A stretch of 61,991 nucleotides of DNA from a virus. Its lineage: Duplodnaviria; Caudoviricetes. A program made the position numbers and the translations under genes. The DNA lies in the IMG/VR virus record IMGVR_UViG_3300030328_003511, positions 1 through 61,991 of that record, one strand, 5' to 3'. This document shows positions 36,553-46,593 of this stretch, piece after piece (within the stretch, counting starts at the first letter, position 1; every line of letters starts with the position of its first letter). A model generated the notes under the pieces. That model did no database searches, was not told the DNA's origin, and saw only the letters and a list, made by a program, of their open reading frames with translations.

Positions 36553-38199
36553 TCAAGCTGCCAAATCAACCTCATGCCAAATATTAGTAACTCCAATATC
36601 TATTTCACCCCATGCGGTAATATCTACCTCTCCTGTGGAAGCTGTAAATTGTATGCCTGTTACTTCTACAGTAGCATGTCCCGTGATTGTTGTCGATCCT
36701 ACGCTACCTGTAATCTGAGATCCTGTTACACCAACAATTTGGTCTGGAACCTCTTCTGCATCACCAATAGTTAATGTACCTTGAATTCCAGTAGGAGCTT
36801 CAATTGTTGATTGGATTAAATTAATACTACCAAGACTCGTTGTAGCTTGAGAACCCGTAACTGGAACATCTTGTCGTGTTCCACCTACTACTGTTCCAAC
36901 TGAAAAAGTAGATTGACTTCCAGTAACGGAAACAGTCGCATCCCCAGTTATACTTGATGATCCTATTGTAAAATCTAATTGATCTTCAGAAGCTAATACA
37001 AATATATCTTGGTCTATTTGAATAGAGAATGAAGGACTTGCAAAAGTCATGTTAACTTGAGAACCACTAACTATTGCCAAATTATCAGTAAATGCTCCCG
37101 ATGCCGGGAAATTTATAGATGAAGTTAATTGTTGGCCTGTCGCTATTGCTGAATATGCGTCACCCCAAGCTAAGTTACCCCAAGTTCTTCTACCCCATCC
37201 AGCTCCAGTTAACCATTCGTCATCAATTGTAGCTGTACCTATACTTGAAGATAAAGTTCCTGCTGTTGTAACTGGAACTATTATTTCAATTACTTCTTCT
37301 CCCATTGAAGAAGTTAATTGTTGTCCTGTTACTGTTTGATCAACAGAAGTTCCACCTACTGCTCCTGCATTTGTAAGTGTTGTTTGCATTCCAGATAATG
37401 AAATGTTAGCATCAGCACCCATAGTTACTGATCCTATTGAAGATGTAAGTTGTGAACCAGCTGCAATTGGATTAGATCCCGATAGATCTCCCCATTCATT
37501 TTCATTCCAAGTATCTCCACCCCAACCAACTTGAATAATACCTGCACCCTCTACTGATCCTATTGAAAAAGTTGCAGAAACAGATCCAAGATTTATTATT
37601 TTACCAAGACCAGCTGTAGTGTTACCTTGCGATAATGTTGCAGCAATACCTGTTAATGTTTGATCAACAGAAGTTCCGCCTACGGCTCCAGCATTTGTAA
37701 GTGTTGCTTGTATTCCAGATACTGAAACATTAGCTTGACCAAAAGGTGTTTCGTTTCCGATTGAAGATGTTAATGATAAGCCCGCTTGTGATATATTTAC
37801 TTGACCTTGTTCACCCCAACCAGTATGGCCCCAATATAAACCACCCCAAGAGTTTGCGGTTAAATTTAAAGTTCCACCCATACCGGAGTCGTCTACCTCA
37901 TAATAGTACATAGTTAACGGAGGGCCAACTTCCGTTACAACAAATTGAGTGTAAGCTCCTGCTTGACCAGGAGTTCCAACTAATGTAACACCTGTCGTAT
38001 AGTCTGAACCCCCACCGTGAGTACCATCTGAAGTTGTAGAAATTTTTAAAGTATAACCTGCGTTTGAAGCATCTGATTGATCAAAACGATAGGTAGCCCC
38101 ATAAGCTAACGGGACAGCAGCTTGTAGGGCTCCGTCTATATAAAATTTGTTACCCGATCCAGGGTTAGAAACTGTAACAGTAAATGTTGTGTATGACAC
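36553..38199 (-). CDS. Repetitive virion surface protein with WG triplets
   Basis: Thr/Ser/Gly-rich; three W-G clusters; duplicated TLTNAGAVGGTSVDQT. Confidence 0.7.
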   Translation of the reverse strand: MSYTTFTVTVSNPGSGNKFYIDGALQAAVPLAYGATYRFDQSDASNAGYTLKISTTSDGTHGGGSDYTTGVTLVGTPGQAGAYTQFVVTEVGPPLTMYYYEVDDSGMGGTLNLTANSWGGLYWGHTGWGEQGQVNISQAGLSLTSSIGNETPFGQANVSVSGIQATLTNAGAVGGTSVDQTLTGIAATLSQGNTTAGLGKIINLGSVSATFSIGSVEGAGIIQVGWGGDTWNENEWGDLSGSNPIAAGSQLTSSIGSVTMGADANISLSGMQTTLTNAGAVGGTSVDQTVTGQQLTSSMGEEVIEIIVPVTTAGTLSSSIGTATIDDEWLTGAGWGRRTWGNLAWGDAYSAIATGQQLTSSINFPASGAFTDNLAIVSGSQVNMTFASPSFSIQIDQDIFVLASEDQLDFTIGSSSITGDATVSVTGSQSTFSVGTVVGGTRQDVPVTGSQATTSLGSINLIQSTIEAPTGIQGTLTIGDAEEVPDQIVGVTGSQITGSVGSTTITGHATVEVTGIQFTASTGEVDITAWGEIDIGVTNIWHEVDLAA

Positions 38200-38220
38200 T
38201 AGATCGGGCTCCCATAATTA

Positions 38221-38673
38221 TTATGCTAATCTTAAGATTGCAGCAGCAGTTGTAAATGCAGGGAACTGAATAGTAAACGTTCCAGATGTTGCAGTTTTAT
38301 CGCTTCCAAAATCTAAAACACAAACAGCATCAGTAGTGTTTGAACCACCGTTAGTTTGTGTGTTGTAAATTAGTGCTCCTCTAGCAGTTAGTGTAACTCC
38401 AGTAAAAGATAAATCAGCAAAATCAGTAATAGCTACTGATGATGATACTTTACATCCTTGATTAACTAATGCGCTTCCACCTGCAGTATATCCAGATGAT
38501 GATACTTCATTACCTGTTGCATAGTTTGCTGTTGATTTTCCCAAAGATGCTGAGTTAGTGTACATTGCTAATTTGAATGTATCTCCACCACCACCCGAAG
38601 TATCGAAATCGTGACTTCCTTGAAGTAATTCTTTTTTAAAAGAATCACAAATTGCGTTTGTTGTTATTGCCAT
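38221..38673 (-). CDS. Virion structural protein
   Basis: SFKKELL.G.HDF...FKLAMY...GYTAGG...LDFG.DKT...GTFTIQFP. Confidence 0.75.
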   Translation of the reverse strand: MAITTNAICDSFKKELLQGSHDFDTSGGGGDTFKLAMYTNSASLGKSTANYATGNEVSSSGYTAGGSALVNQGCKVSSSVAITDFADLSFTGVTLTARGALIYNTQTNGGSNTTDAVCVLDFGSDKTATSGTFTIQFPAFTTAAAILRLA

Positions 38674-38695
38674 AGTTTATTCTCCTTTTTAAACT

Positions 38696-39382
38696 TTATT
38701 TTGTATCTTGATTCGGAGAGGGTGACGGGATAACCATTCTTGGCACTCCATCTTGATACTCTCCTCTTCTTCTTCTGCCCATTTGTTGTAGAGCAAAATT
38801 CTGTACAGATTCATTATACTTGGTATTATAGAGCGTGTATAGATTGTCGGGTCCTTTTAAAAATCTATAAGCTTCAGCTAAAACTCCATATAATAACATT
38901 GATTCTTGATATGTTGAAAGATAAGTATTATCTGTGCTGGTAAAATTAGGTGGCTGTTTAATAAAATTTATTTGAACAGTATCAGCAGCTGAAGGTGTTG
39001 GTGCTACTAAAATTACGGGTCCTTGTTGAACATTATCTTCCCAATTAGCCCAATATTTAGGTGTGCCAGTAGTTGCACTATTTGGGTTTACTTCTGATAT
39101 AAAACTTGTGTCTCTTTTTTCTAAAAAAGTTCTTGCGCCTCCACTTGAAATGTGTTGCACTGATCTAACTACTATACAGTCAGCTGGTAAAACTACATAT
39201 CTTTTATCTTTAGTAAAATTAGATGTAGAATATTTTCTTAAATCATCATAGTCCACTTTACCTGCAACATCTAATTCAACTGATCTTATAAAATCTTGAA
39301 TAATTGCGTCAGTTAAAACTGTACTACCTACTTCAGTATAGTTTCTTACTTGTGTTAAAAAATTTGCGTGTGTTACTGCCAT
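38696..39382 (-). CDS. Head-tail adaptor / tail tubular A-like protein
   Basis: GTPKYW...APTP...LLYGVLAEA pattern. Confidence 0.65.
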   Translation of the reverse strand: MAVTHANFLTQVRNYTEVGSTVLTDAIIQDFIRSVELDVAGKVDYDDLRKYSTSNFTKDKRYVVLPADCIVVRSVQHISSGGARTFLEKRDTSFISEVNPNSATTGTPKYWANWEDNVQQGPVILVAPTPSAADTVQINFIKQPPNFTSTDNTYLSTYQESMLLYGVLAEAYRFLKGPDNLYTLYNTKYNESVQNFALQQMGRRRRGEYQDGVPRMVIPSPSPNQDTK

Positions 39383-39840
39383 TATGTTATACTCACTGTT
39401 ACAATTCCTACTGTTGGAATAAGTTCTCTTCTTCTATTTTGTAAAGATGGATTTTCTGGAAACATACTTGAAACAGAAGTTGTAATTCCATTTGAAGTTG
39501 TTTGATAAGTTTGTGTTCTAAAAGCAAAATCTCCCGGTAAACTTAGATTAGCTACTGCTACAGTTATTCCACCAGAATCTACAATAGTATCATCATTAGG
39601 TGCAAAAACTGGATTTAATACAGAGATATCTTGTGGTTGTTGAAAATGTTGTACTCTAGGATTTCTCAAAGCAATAGGATCTGGTTTATGATAAGGTGGA
39701 TCCAGTTGTGGTTGCTTAGGTTCAAATTCAGAAATATGAACTAATGCACCAGTCCATTCTCTTACCATTTCTCTATATGGAAAAGCTTGTCCCGATCTAT
39801 CAGAAATTGCTAATGATCTCTTACCGGATGCGTAACTCAT
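39382..39840 (-). CDS. Conserved structural-module protein
   Basis: ASGK...ISDRSG..FPY..M..EW.G..VH..EFEPKQPQL. Confidence 0.7.
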   Translation of the reverse strand: MSYASGKRSLAISDRSGQAFPYREMVREWTGALVHISEFEPKQPQLDPPYHKPDPIALRNPRVQHFQQPQDISVLNPVFAPNDDTIVDSGGITVAVANLSLPGDFAFRTQTYQTTSNGITTSVSSMFPENPSLQNRRRELIPTVGIVTVSIT

Positions 39841-39924
39841 GATATTTCCTTCCTATTAAAAAGCCAATTCCAAAACTAATTCCAATAACCGTACAAATAG
39901 CTAAGATATGATATACCCAAAACA

Positions 39925-40620
39925 TTATACCCCATCACCAAAATAAGTTTGAGGAGAAATGTAAACAGAAGCTCTTTGACCGTCTTCGTTTAATGCTCTT
40001 AGTAACTCGTCTTCATAAAGTTGTTTTAATAATTGAACTCTTTCTAAAGATTTTTTTATAGATAAATAGTATGCCAGTCCTGCACACATACAAGGTAAAA
40101 ATCTGTAAGCAACGTCTGCTTGGTTTGTATAAGAACCAGCATCTTCAATTCTATTAATTGTATAAAATTTTACGTAAGTGTATGTATTTGCATCCGGTGC
40201 TAAATATAAATTAATTTTAGGATCACCTAATCTATCAACATAATATTGAGAAGGTTGTCCTGTTGAATACTTATTAGGTACAGCTGCGTATGCAGATCTA
40301 TCAATTTTTGTTAATGCTATATCGTTGGTTTCAGTATTATTAGATCCAGTTGCTGTTGTAGAAATATAAGCTTCTAAAACATCATTTACATTGGAAGCTA
40401 CCGTATAAGTAGCTTGTCCTGCAACTAATTGTTTTTCATCTAGTGTAACTTTCCAAAGATGAATTCCTCTATTTCCCCATTCTGCAAAAAGCAAATCTAA
40501 ACTTCTTCTAGCACTTTTTAAATCATAGCCACTATTAGTTCGCATCCCACATCTCTCGTAGGCTTCCTCAATAATAGTATCAATATCTAAATTGAATGAT
40601 GTAGTTCCAGAAGTTCCCAT
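39925..40620 (-). CDS. Head-tail adaptor-like protein
   Basis: IEEAYERCG...ARRSL.LLF.EW.NRG...GQPSQYY. Confidence 0.7.
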   Translation of the reverse strand: MGTSGTTSFNLDIDTIIEEAYERCGMRTNSGYDLKSARRSLDLLFAEWGNRGIHLWKVTLDEKQLVAGQATYTVASNVNDVLEAYISTTATGSNNTETNDIALTKIDRSAYAAVPNKYSTGQPSQYYVDRLGDPKINLYLAPDANTYTYVKFYTINRIEDAGSYTNQADVAYRFLPCMCAGLAYYLSIKKSLERVQLLKQLYEDELLRALNEDGQRASVYISPQTYFGDGV

Positions 40621-40626
40621 AGATCA

Positions 40627-40896
40627 TTAGATTAAATCTTTGATGTAATCTCCACCTTTTAGAATTTCATAGTTCTGACCTGGTTTTAACTTCTCATCTT
40701 GTAATCCCATTCCAGAAGTTCTAGCCGCACCAAATCCTCTTGTAGAAACGTGTGCACCTGTAGATGCTTTTTTAATTTCACTAACTACTCTTTTTTTCTC
40801 TGATTTAAGATTTTTCTTACCTTTTTTTGTCCATGCTTTTTCAGCATCAACACGACCTAGTTCTTCTAGTTCGTTCATTTTCTTTGTATTTGACAT
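40627..40896 (-). CDS. Small basic protein
   Basis: RBS AAGGAG; Lys-rich. Confidence 0.6.
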   Translation of the reverse strand: MSNTKKMNELEELGRVDAEKAWTKKGKKNLKSEKKRVVSEIKKASTGAHVSTRGFGAARTSGMGLQDEKLKPGQNYEILKGGDYIKDLI

Positions 40897-40948
40897 TATA
40901 TTCTCCTTTAATTTATAATTTATTTATTTTATCACTTTGTATACGTCA

Positions 40949-41173
40949 TTAAAAGATCCCCTTAAATCCAGTTCCTCTAACCGCTGCTCCAGAACCGGGA
41001 ACCCTAATTTCTCCCCCATGACTCTTTTTCTTAGGTTTTTTCTTTGGGATAATTGTCCAAGGTGGTAAATCTCTTGATTCAGCTGTAAGACCGGGATTAT
41101 GTTTTCTTAAATAAGCTTCCCCTTCTTTTGTACCTAAATCAATAACTTTCTTTTTTTTATTTTTACTACTCAT
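40949..41173 (-). CDS. Small basic protein, possibly internal virion
   Basis: KSHGG motif and C-terminal GSGAAVRGTGFKGIF. Confidence 0.65.
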   Translation of the reverse strand: MSSKNKKKKVIDLGTKEGEAYLRKHNPGLTAESRDLPPWTIIPKKKPKKKSHGGEIRVPGSGAAVRGTGFKGIF

Positions 41174-41426
41174 CTACCATTCCTTTATAATAGCTTGTTA
41201 AATTCTTATTACTTACTTCGTGTCCCGCTAAATTACCTTTAAGGTAAGAACCATTATAAGGTTGTAAGTTATTTACGAACATAGAAGGTTTAGCAGTAGT
41301 CGTGGCAAATTGAGCACGGCCCATGGCTGCTTTATATACAGGTATACCTTCTTTTTTAGCATAAGCTTTCGCTTCAGCTTTGCCTTCTTTCGTATAAGCA
41401 AATTTCTTATTTCCTACGTGTGGCAC
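41166..41426 (-). CDS. Small basic protein (GTG start)
   Basis: RBS AGGAGG; MPHVGNKKFAYTKEG N-terminus. Confidence 0.65.
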   Translation of the reverse strand: MPHVGNKKFAYTKEGKAEAKAYAKKEGIPVYKAAMGRAQFATTTAKPSMFVNNLQPYNGSYLKGNLAGHEVSNKNLTSYYKGMVDE

Positions 41427-41563
41427 TATTCCTCCTTTTTAGCGGCCGCTTTGAGAGCGTTAGACTTCTCCTTTTTGCGGTTGTACAACTTCTTAGATTG
41501 TAACACTTTTGATCGAAAGATTCTAGACCGGAGCAGTCTAGCCATAAAATTTGGCTTTTTCAT
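41426..41563 (-). CDS. ArfA-like basic peptide, 45 aa
   Basis: Manual translation MKKPNFMARLLRSRIFRSKVLQSKKLYNRKKEKSNALKAAAKKEE. Confidence 0.55.
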   Translation of the reverse strand: MKKPNFMARLLRSRIFRSKVLQSKKLYNRKKEKSNALKAAAKKEE

Positions 41564-41572
41564 ATAGGATAC

Positions 41573-42154
41573 TTAATTACCTTCGTATCCTTTTTCTTTA
41601 TCTACTTGATCCACGACAGCTTCTTTTTCTATTATGTCAGTGACTGTAAGATTACCCGCATATGATTCTGTCCCACTTGATTTTTTTACCATGTGTTCAA
41701 TGAAGCTTGGGAATATTACTATCTGTCCTGGTCTGAATTCTGATTCATAGCTTACTGGAAAAAATTTATCTTTACCTACTTCTCCATAAAATGATTCTAG
41801 AATAAATTTATGAGGTGCAAAAAAAACAGTTTGTGAGCCACCTTTAACATACACAATAAAACTAAAATGAGATCCAGCATGAATATGATTTTCTTGAAAA
41901 TCATCTTTAATATATTTATTTCTCCAAATCCCTTGTAAATTAATTTTTGATTTAGCTGGAAGAATAGGCATTAACATATGACATATTTTTGTCATAAGAG
42001 TATTATAACTATGCGAAGTAAGTTTATTTCCTTGGTTAAAAGAACTATTAGTATTAGAAAACCATTTGTTATTCATTTTAGGAGATTCGAGCTCTATATC
42101 ATCTAAATTTATAGTAGATACGAATAAAGGTACTTCAAATAAGTTTAATTTCAT
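41573..42154 (-). CDS. Fe(II)/2OG oxygenase-like protein, HxH type
   Basis: WRNKY...FQENHIH...SFIVY...IFPSFIEH.V. Confidence 0.82.
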   Translation of the reverse strand: MKLNLFEVPLFVSTINLDDIELESPKMNNKWFSNTNSSFNQGNKLTSHSYNTLMTKICHMLMPILPAKSKINLQGIWRNKYIKDDFQENHIHAGSHFSFIVYVKGGSQTVFFAPHKFILESFYGEVGKDKFFPVSYESEFRPGQIVIFPSFIEHMVKKSSGTESYAGNLTVTDIIEKEAVVDQVDKEKGYEGN

Positions 42155-43752
42155 TTTTTTATAATTAATGTGTTTATATCTGCAAGATATGCATATTTTA
42201 AATTAGTTTCAAGCATCATATTTTTTAAATCATTTAAATCTTCAACTATAGGTAAACCGGGCTTGTTTAAAGAAGTGTTTAAAAGAAACGGAATATTATA
42301 GATATCATTAAATGCTTTTATCAAGTCATAAAAGTTATTATTTTTTTCTCTTTTAAGCTCTTGCACTCTAGATGTTCCTTGAGGACAAGTAACATTTTCT
42401 AAATGATTCTTTTTAGTTTCTTTAACATTAAATACATTCATCATAAATTCTGCGCTTCGATTTGTATCTCTTATAAAGTATTCTTCAAAATATTCTGATA
42501 AAATTGTACAAGCAAAAGGTCTATACCATTCTCTTTTTTTTATTGTGTTAATTTTATCAATACAAGTTAGATTAGTAGCATTCATTAAAAGACTTCTATT
42601 ACCTAAAGCTCTTTGTCCTTGTTCTGATCTTCCTTGAAATAAGGCTACAGGTTCATCAAAAAGTATTTTAGCTACTTCTCCTTCAGTAACTTTTTTTATA
42701 TTAAATTTTGTAGTAAATAGATTTAAATCATAATTAGGTTTAAAACCTAAATAACAATGATTAGGTCTTTCAAGTTTATGTTCTAAAAAATAATTTAGAT
42801 GGCCTAAAGAAATACTTTGATCATTACATATAGGATCAACAAAAACATCAAAATTGAATGACTTTGAAATATCAGTATTAATTAATATATTCTGGGCAAC
42901 ACCTCCGGTTAATGTTACGGGTCCATTAATATTTAAATCTTTAAAATATCTTCTAGCTACAAACTCACAAGATTTTTGAAAAGTAAAAGCAAAATTTTGA
43001 ACGTTTATATTTTTTAAATCTACATTATTAGGTAAATTTCTTTCTTTTTCCCATGCCTTATCGGGTAAAAGAAACTCTTTAGGAAAATAAATATCATCGG
43101 TAAAAATTTTATTCATACATTTCTCTTGATACTTACCATATGATGATAAGGCCATTGCTTTACCTTCTGAGAAAATATCATGTTTAAATAAACCCAATGC
43201 TCTTGTTAAATGAGAATAGGCTTCTCCTATTCCTAAATTCTTTTCTGAAATACTAAATCCTTTAGATTCATACTTAGAAATATCTGGATTAAATAAATAT
43301 TTATAAAGATTATTTACATTATTGTCATAATAACTGGTTTGTTCTACACCTCGTTTATCTCCATGGTGAAATATTGTTCCGTTACCATCCCAAACTAAAT
43401 AATTTGTATTTTTTTGAAAAGATTGAGCGCAAGATGCATGAAATTGATGATGTTCTTCTGATATAATAACTTTTGTTTTTTTTCTTAAGAATTGTTTAAA
43501 AAATTTAACAGGACTATGCTCCTCTAAGATTAATTCAACCCATAACTCTAAAACACTATTCGAAAGATGAGAAAATAAAATTACATCAAAAACTATATTT
43601 AAATCAGCAATCTTTTCTAATAAACCCACGGTAGGTAAAGCATGATGTTTTAATTTATTAAATCTACTTATTTCTGTATGAATAATTAATTCATTACCTT
43701 GAGATATAGAAATAGAACCATCGTGTGAAGCATGAATAGAAAGTACGTTCAT
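42151..43752 (-). CDS. NodU/CmcH-family carbamoyltransferase
   Basis: SHD, HHQFHA, DGNG, EGKAMALSSYG, GGVAQN, GRSEQGQRALGNRS, KKREWYRPF and LNTSLN motifs. Confidence 0.92.
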   Translation of the reverse strand: MNVLSIHASHDGSISISQGNELIIHTEISRFNKLKHHALPTVGLLEKIADLNIVFDVILFSHLSNSVLELWVELILEEHSPVKFFKQFLRKKTKVIISEEHHQFHASCAQSFQKNTNYLVWDGNGTIFHHGDKRGVEQTSYYDNNVNNLYKYLFNPDISKYESKGFSISEKNLGIGEAYSHLTRALGLFKHDIFSEGKAMALSSYGKYQEKCMNKIFTDDIYFPKEFLLPDKAWEKERNLPNNVDLKNINVQNFAFTFQKSCEFVARRYFKDLNINGPVTLTGGVAQNILINTDISKSFNFDVFVDPICNDQSISLGHLNYFLEHKLERPNHCYLGFKPNYDLNLFTTKFNIKKVTEGEVAKILFDEPVALFQGRSEQGQRALGNRSLLMNATNLTCIDKINTIKKREWYRPFACTILSEYFEEYFIRDTNRSAEFMMNVFNVKETKKNHLENVTCPQGTSRVQELKREKNNNFYDLIKAFNDIYNIPFLLNTSLNKPGLPIVEDLNDLKNMMLETNLKYAYLADINTLIIKK

Positions 43753-45125
43753 TAATAATATTTTAAAATTAAATCTATCGCAGCTCGGTGTCCTATTTTA
43801 GGACTTGTCCTATTAAAAGCTACAAAATTTTCTGTATCTTGTATCACTTTTGACTGTAAATTTAAAGGTAGATTTTCAAAAGCAGTTTTAATTTGATCAT
43901 TATTAAAATAATTTAAGCCATGTAAAACTTCAATATAGTTTCCTACTTCAAATAAACCGTAAGGCACAATTACATCTTCTTCTGTAGGCAAATAAGATTT
44001 CCACTTTTTTAATTTTTCATCTAGTTCTTTGTCTATGGTGCCGTTTAACTCACTCTTCAAATAATGTAATTGTATAAATTCTACTAACTGATCAAAAACC
44101 TTATCTATTAAATCATTATAAGATTTAGAATTATTTCTATGATACATATCTATAAACATAAAAACTTGATTAATGGTACTACCAATAGAAGTTGCTTCTA
44201 AGGGTTCAACAAACATTGCTGAAAGACCAACTGATAAACAATTTTTATTCCATATCTTTTCTAATTTTCCAGGATAAAAATTAAATTCTCTTTTACCTTT
44301 TGAAATTAATTTTTTAGTTTCATCATTGATTAAGCTATCGTTATAGACCACACCATTACCGGTTCTATCTTGTGCAGGAATTTTCCAAACCCATCCTCCA
44401 GTAACTTTTTGTGCTAGGGTCCACGCATTGTATTCCTCTAGTTTTTCTGTTTGAAATGCAACAGCTTTATTACAAATTAATTTATCTGAATAACTTTTCC
44501 ATTTTGATTTATTTAAAAGTCTTTTAAAACCTGTGCAATCAAAATAAAAATTTGAAATATATTTTTGATTACCTTTTATAAAATTTATTTTATCTGTTTC
44601 ATTTACTTCAGTAATAATGTCATCAATAATTTTAATCTCTCTACTAACTGCTAACTTATTCAAAAAATCATTTAGCTTAAATGTATCAAAATGATACTGA
44701 TTTACAGGAGATTGATTTGGGTTTTCTAAAAAATTAGGATAGAACTGATTATCAAAATAACATTGATCGCTTAAAGGTGTATTTAAATTATTACCTATAT
44801 GATGTAAATAATATGGTTTAGTTTTAAACCAGTTATTATCATGGAATGAAGATCGTGTGTGTAAAAAATTTTTATTAGACCAGTCTTTAAAATGAATACC
44901 TGCTTTAAAAGTTGCGCCAGAATGTTTTAAAATATCGTAAGGCTTTATTCCAATATAATTTATAAAAGACGTAAATTCTTTTGTAGATCCTTCACCAACA
45001 CCTATGATTCCTATTTTATCAGATTTAATTAAACCTATAGATGTTTCCGGATAAGCTGATTTAAGTATTAAAGCTGTTACATATCCAGCTGTTCCTCCAC
45101 CTACAATTAAAAAATCAAAATTCAT
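43752..45125 (-). CDS. Flavin-dependent tryptophan halogenase-family protein
   Basis: GGGTAG FAD motif, GVGEGS, TFKAGI (catalytic Lys position), WVWKIP, FVEPLEAT. Confidence 0.92.
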   Translation of the reverse strand: MNFDFLIVGGGTAGYVTALILKSAYPETSIGLIKSDKIGIIGVGEGSTKEFTSFINYIGIKPYDILKHSGATFKAGIHFKDWSNKNFLHTRSSFHDNNWFKTKPYYLHHIGNNLNTPLSDQCYFDNQFYPNFLENPNQSPVNQYHFDTFKLNDFLNKLAVSREIKIIDDIITEVNETDKINFIKGNQKYISNFYFDCTGFKRLLNKSKWKSYSDKLICNKAVAFQTEKLEEYNAWTLAQKVTGGWVWKIPAQDRTGNGVVYNDSLINDETKKLISKGKREFNFYPGKLEKIWNKNCLSVGLSAMFVEPLEATSIGSTINQVFMFIDMYHRNNSKSYNDLIDKVFDQLVEFIQLHYLKSELNGTIDKELDEKLKKWKSYLPTEEDVIVPYGLFEVGNYIEVLHGLNYFNNDQIKTAFENLPLNLQSKVIQDTENFVAFNRTSPKIGHRAAIDLILKYY

Positions 45126-45642
45126 TTATATTAGTTTTATTAAATACTTCTTTTGTAGATTGTTTTGTTAAAAGTTCAAGATTTAAAGATATTCTTTGTT
45201 CATCACTGTCTGAAACATTGGGATGATGCCATAGGGTACTTGGAAATATTAGAAGTTCATTTTCAACAGGAATATAATTTATTACTTTACCATTATCTAA
45301 AAAATCTATTCCTTTTTCATTATTTCTTACTTTTAAATAAATTACTCCATTTATATTAGCTGTCTTTTCATGATTGTGCCAATTGGTAGAAGAAAAATTT
45401 TTATCAGATACTGAGCACCAAACCAGTAACTCTTGCTGTATTAATTCAAACTCTTTAAAAAGACTTTTACATTTTTCCTCAAAAAGTAAATATAACTCTT
45501 TTCTAAATCTTGTATTTAAATTAAAATTAAAACCATTAGGATCAATAGTTCTTTTTTCCAGTATTTCTTTTATAAGCTCTTCTTTAAATGGTAATGATAT
45601 TTTAAAACTATGTATGTCTTTTATCATAAGGTATATAGACAA
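45115..45642 (-). CDS. Fe(II)/2OG oxygenase-like protein, HxH type
   Basis: WHNH...INGVIYL...IFPS.LWH.P...RISLN. Confidence 0.82.
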   Translation of the reverse strand: MSIYLMIKDIHSFKISLPFKEELIKEILEKRTIDPNGFNFNLNTRFRKELYLLFEEKCKSLFKEFELIQQELLVWCSVSDKNFSSTNWHNHEKTANINGVIYLKVRNNEKGIDFLDNGKVINYIPVENELLIFPSTLWHHPNVSDSDEQRISLNLELLTKQSTKEVFNKTNINEF

Positions 45643-46096
45643 AATTTATTACAATTCTTCTTTTACTATTAGTAGTTGTAGTTCCAGTATGCTTTGTATT
45701 AGAGTTTATAATTAATAATTTATTTTCTTCACTTTTTATAATTTTTTCACCAACTCTACAATACCCATCACAGTTATTTATAAAAAATATTGCCGATTTT
45801 AATTTACTATCATCACTATCTATATGCTCTCCTGTTTCTATAATCTTTGAAGTTTGCCAATTTAAATTACCTTTTATTCTTAAAAATTGTTGGGCTGGTA
45901 TTTCTTCTAAAATTGGTTGTAGTATTCCAGTATATGAACTTGGAATATTTTTGTATAAAAAACTATGTACTAATTGGGGTTCTGAATTTGGATGTGTAGA
46001 ATAGTCGTTGTAGTACCATGGAAAAGTAGTAGCTTCTATTTGTTCTTTAATATTTTTAAAAACAGTATTGGGTAAATAATTCTCAATAATTTTCAT
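45608..46096 (-). CDS. Fe(II)/2OG oxygenase-like protein, HxD type
   Basis: FPWYY...HID...AIFFIN.CDG...H.GT...RIVINF. Confidence 0.82.
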   Translation of the reverse strand: MKIIENYLPNTVFKNIKEQIEATTFPWYYNDYSTHPNSEPQLVHSFLYKNIPSSYTGILQPILEEIPAQQFLRIKGNLNWQTSKIIETGEHIDSDDSKLKSAIFFINNCDGYCRVGEKIIKSEENKLLIINSNTKHTGTTTTNSKRRIVINFVYIPYDKRHT

Positions 46097-46105
46097 AAGT
46101 AGTTA

Positions 46106-46591
46106 TTAGCCTACTACTTTACCGTCTTTCCATTCCATTTCTGGTAAACCATTTTCGAATTTTTTTCCATCGTAAGTGAGGATTTGTTTTCTATTAGCAC
46201 CTTTTTCATTATAGGACACGTGCACCCAGCCCCCTGCTGGATCATCTGGGTTATAGAACTCGAGAATTAATTGATCAAAGTCTACGTTATTAGAAAGCCA
46301 GTAAGCCGTCTTAATATTTGGAACACCAGCTATTTCAAAATCAACCGCCTGCCCCTTAGCATGCTGACTCGTTTTTTTGCTGCCGATCGCCTCACAAAGC
46401 GCCTCGGAGCGGTAGCCCGATGTAATAGTAATAGGCTTATCAAAATGAGCTCTAACTGGTTCTAATATTTCGTAGCATACGTTTTCTAAATTTTTTATAT
46501 CTCCAGATCCTGGAGAGTTATCAATGCCTTTTCGTGTAGCGGTCATTGATTTAGTAAATTCTTCTAGTTTAAAATGTTTTGATAATTGCAT
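46106..46591 (-). CDS. Peptidase M15A endolysin-like protein
   Basis: LSKHF.LEEF, SGYRS, SQHAKGQAVD and WVHVS zinc ligands. Confidence 0.9.
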   Translation of the reverse strand: MQLSKHFKLEEFTKSMTATRKGIDNSPGSGDIKNLENVCYEILEPVRAHFDKPITITSGYRSEALCEAIGSKKTSQHAKGQAVDFEIAGVPNIKTAYWLSNNVDFDQLILEFYNPDDPAGGWVHVSYNEKGANRKQILTYDGKKFENGLPEMEWKDGKVVG

Positions 46592-46593
46592 AG

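Noticed and set aside
41573-46096. A defined DNA hypermodification pathway (TET/JBP plus C5-methyltransferase, dZ, or 7-deazaguanine)
   Set aside because: No C5 methyltransferase, hydroxymethylase, purZ or que/dpdA genes were recognised, and the oxygenases lack obvious TET/JBP features. It is not excluded, but not supported.
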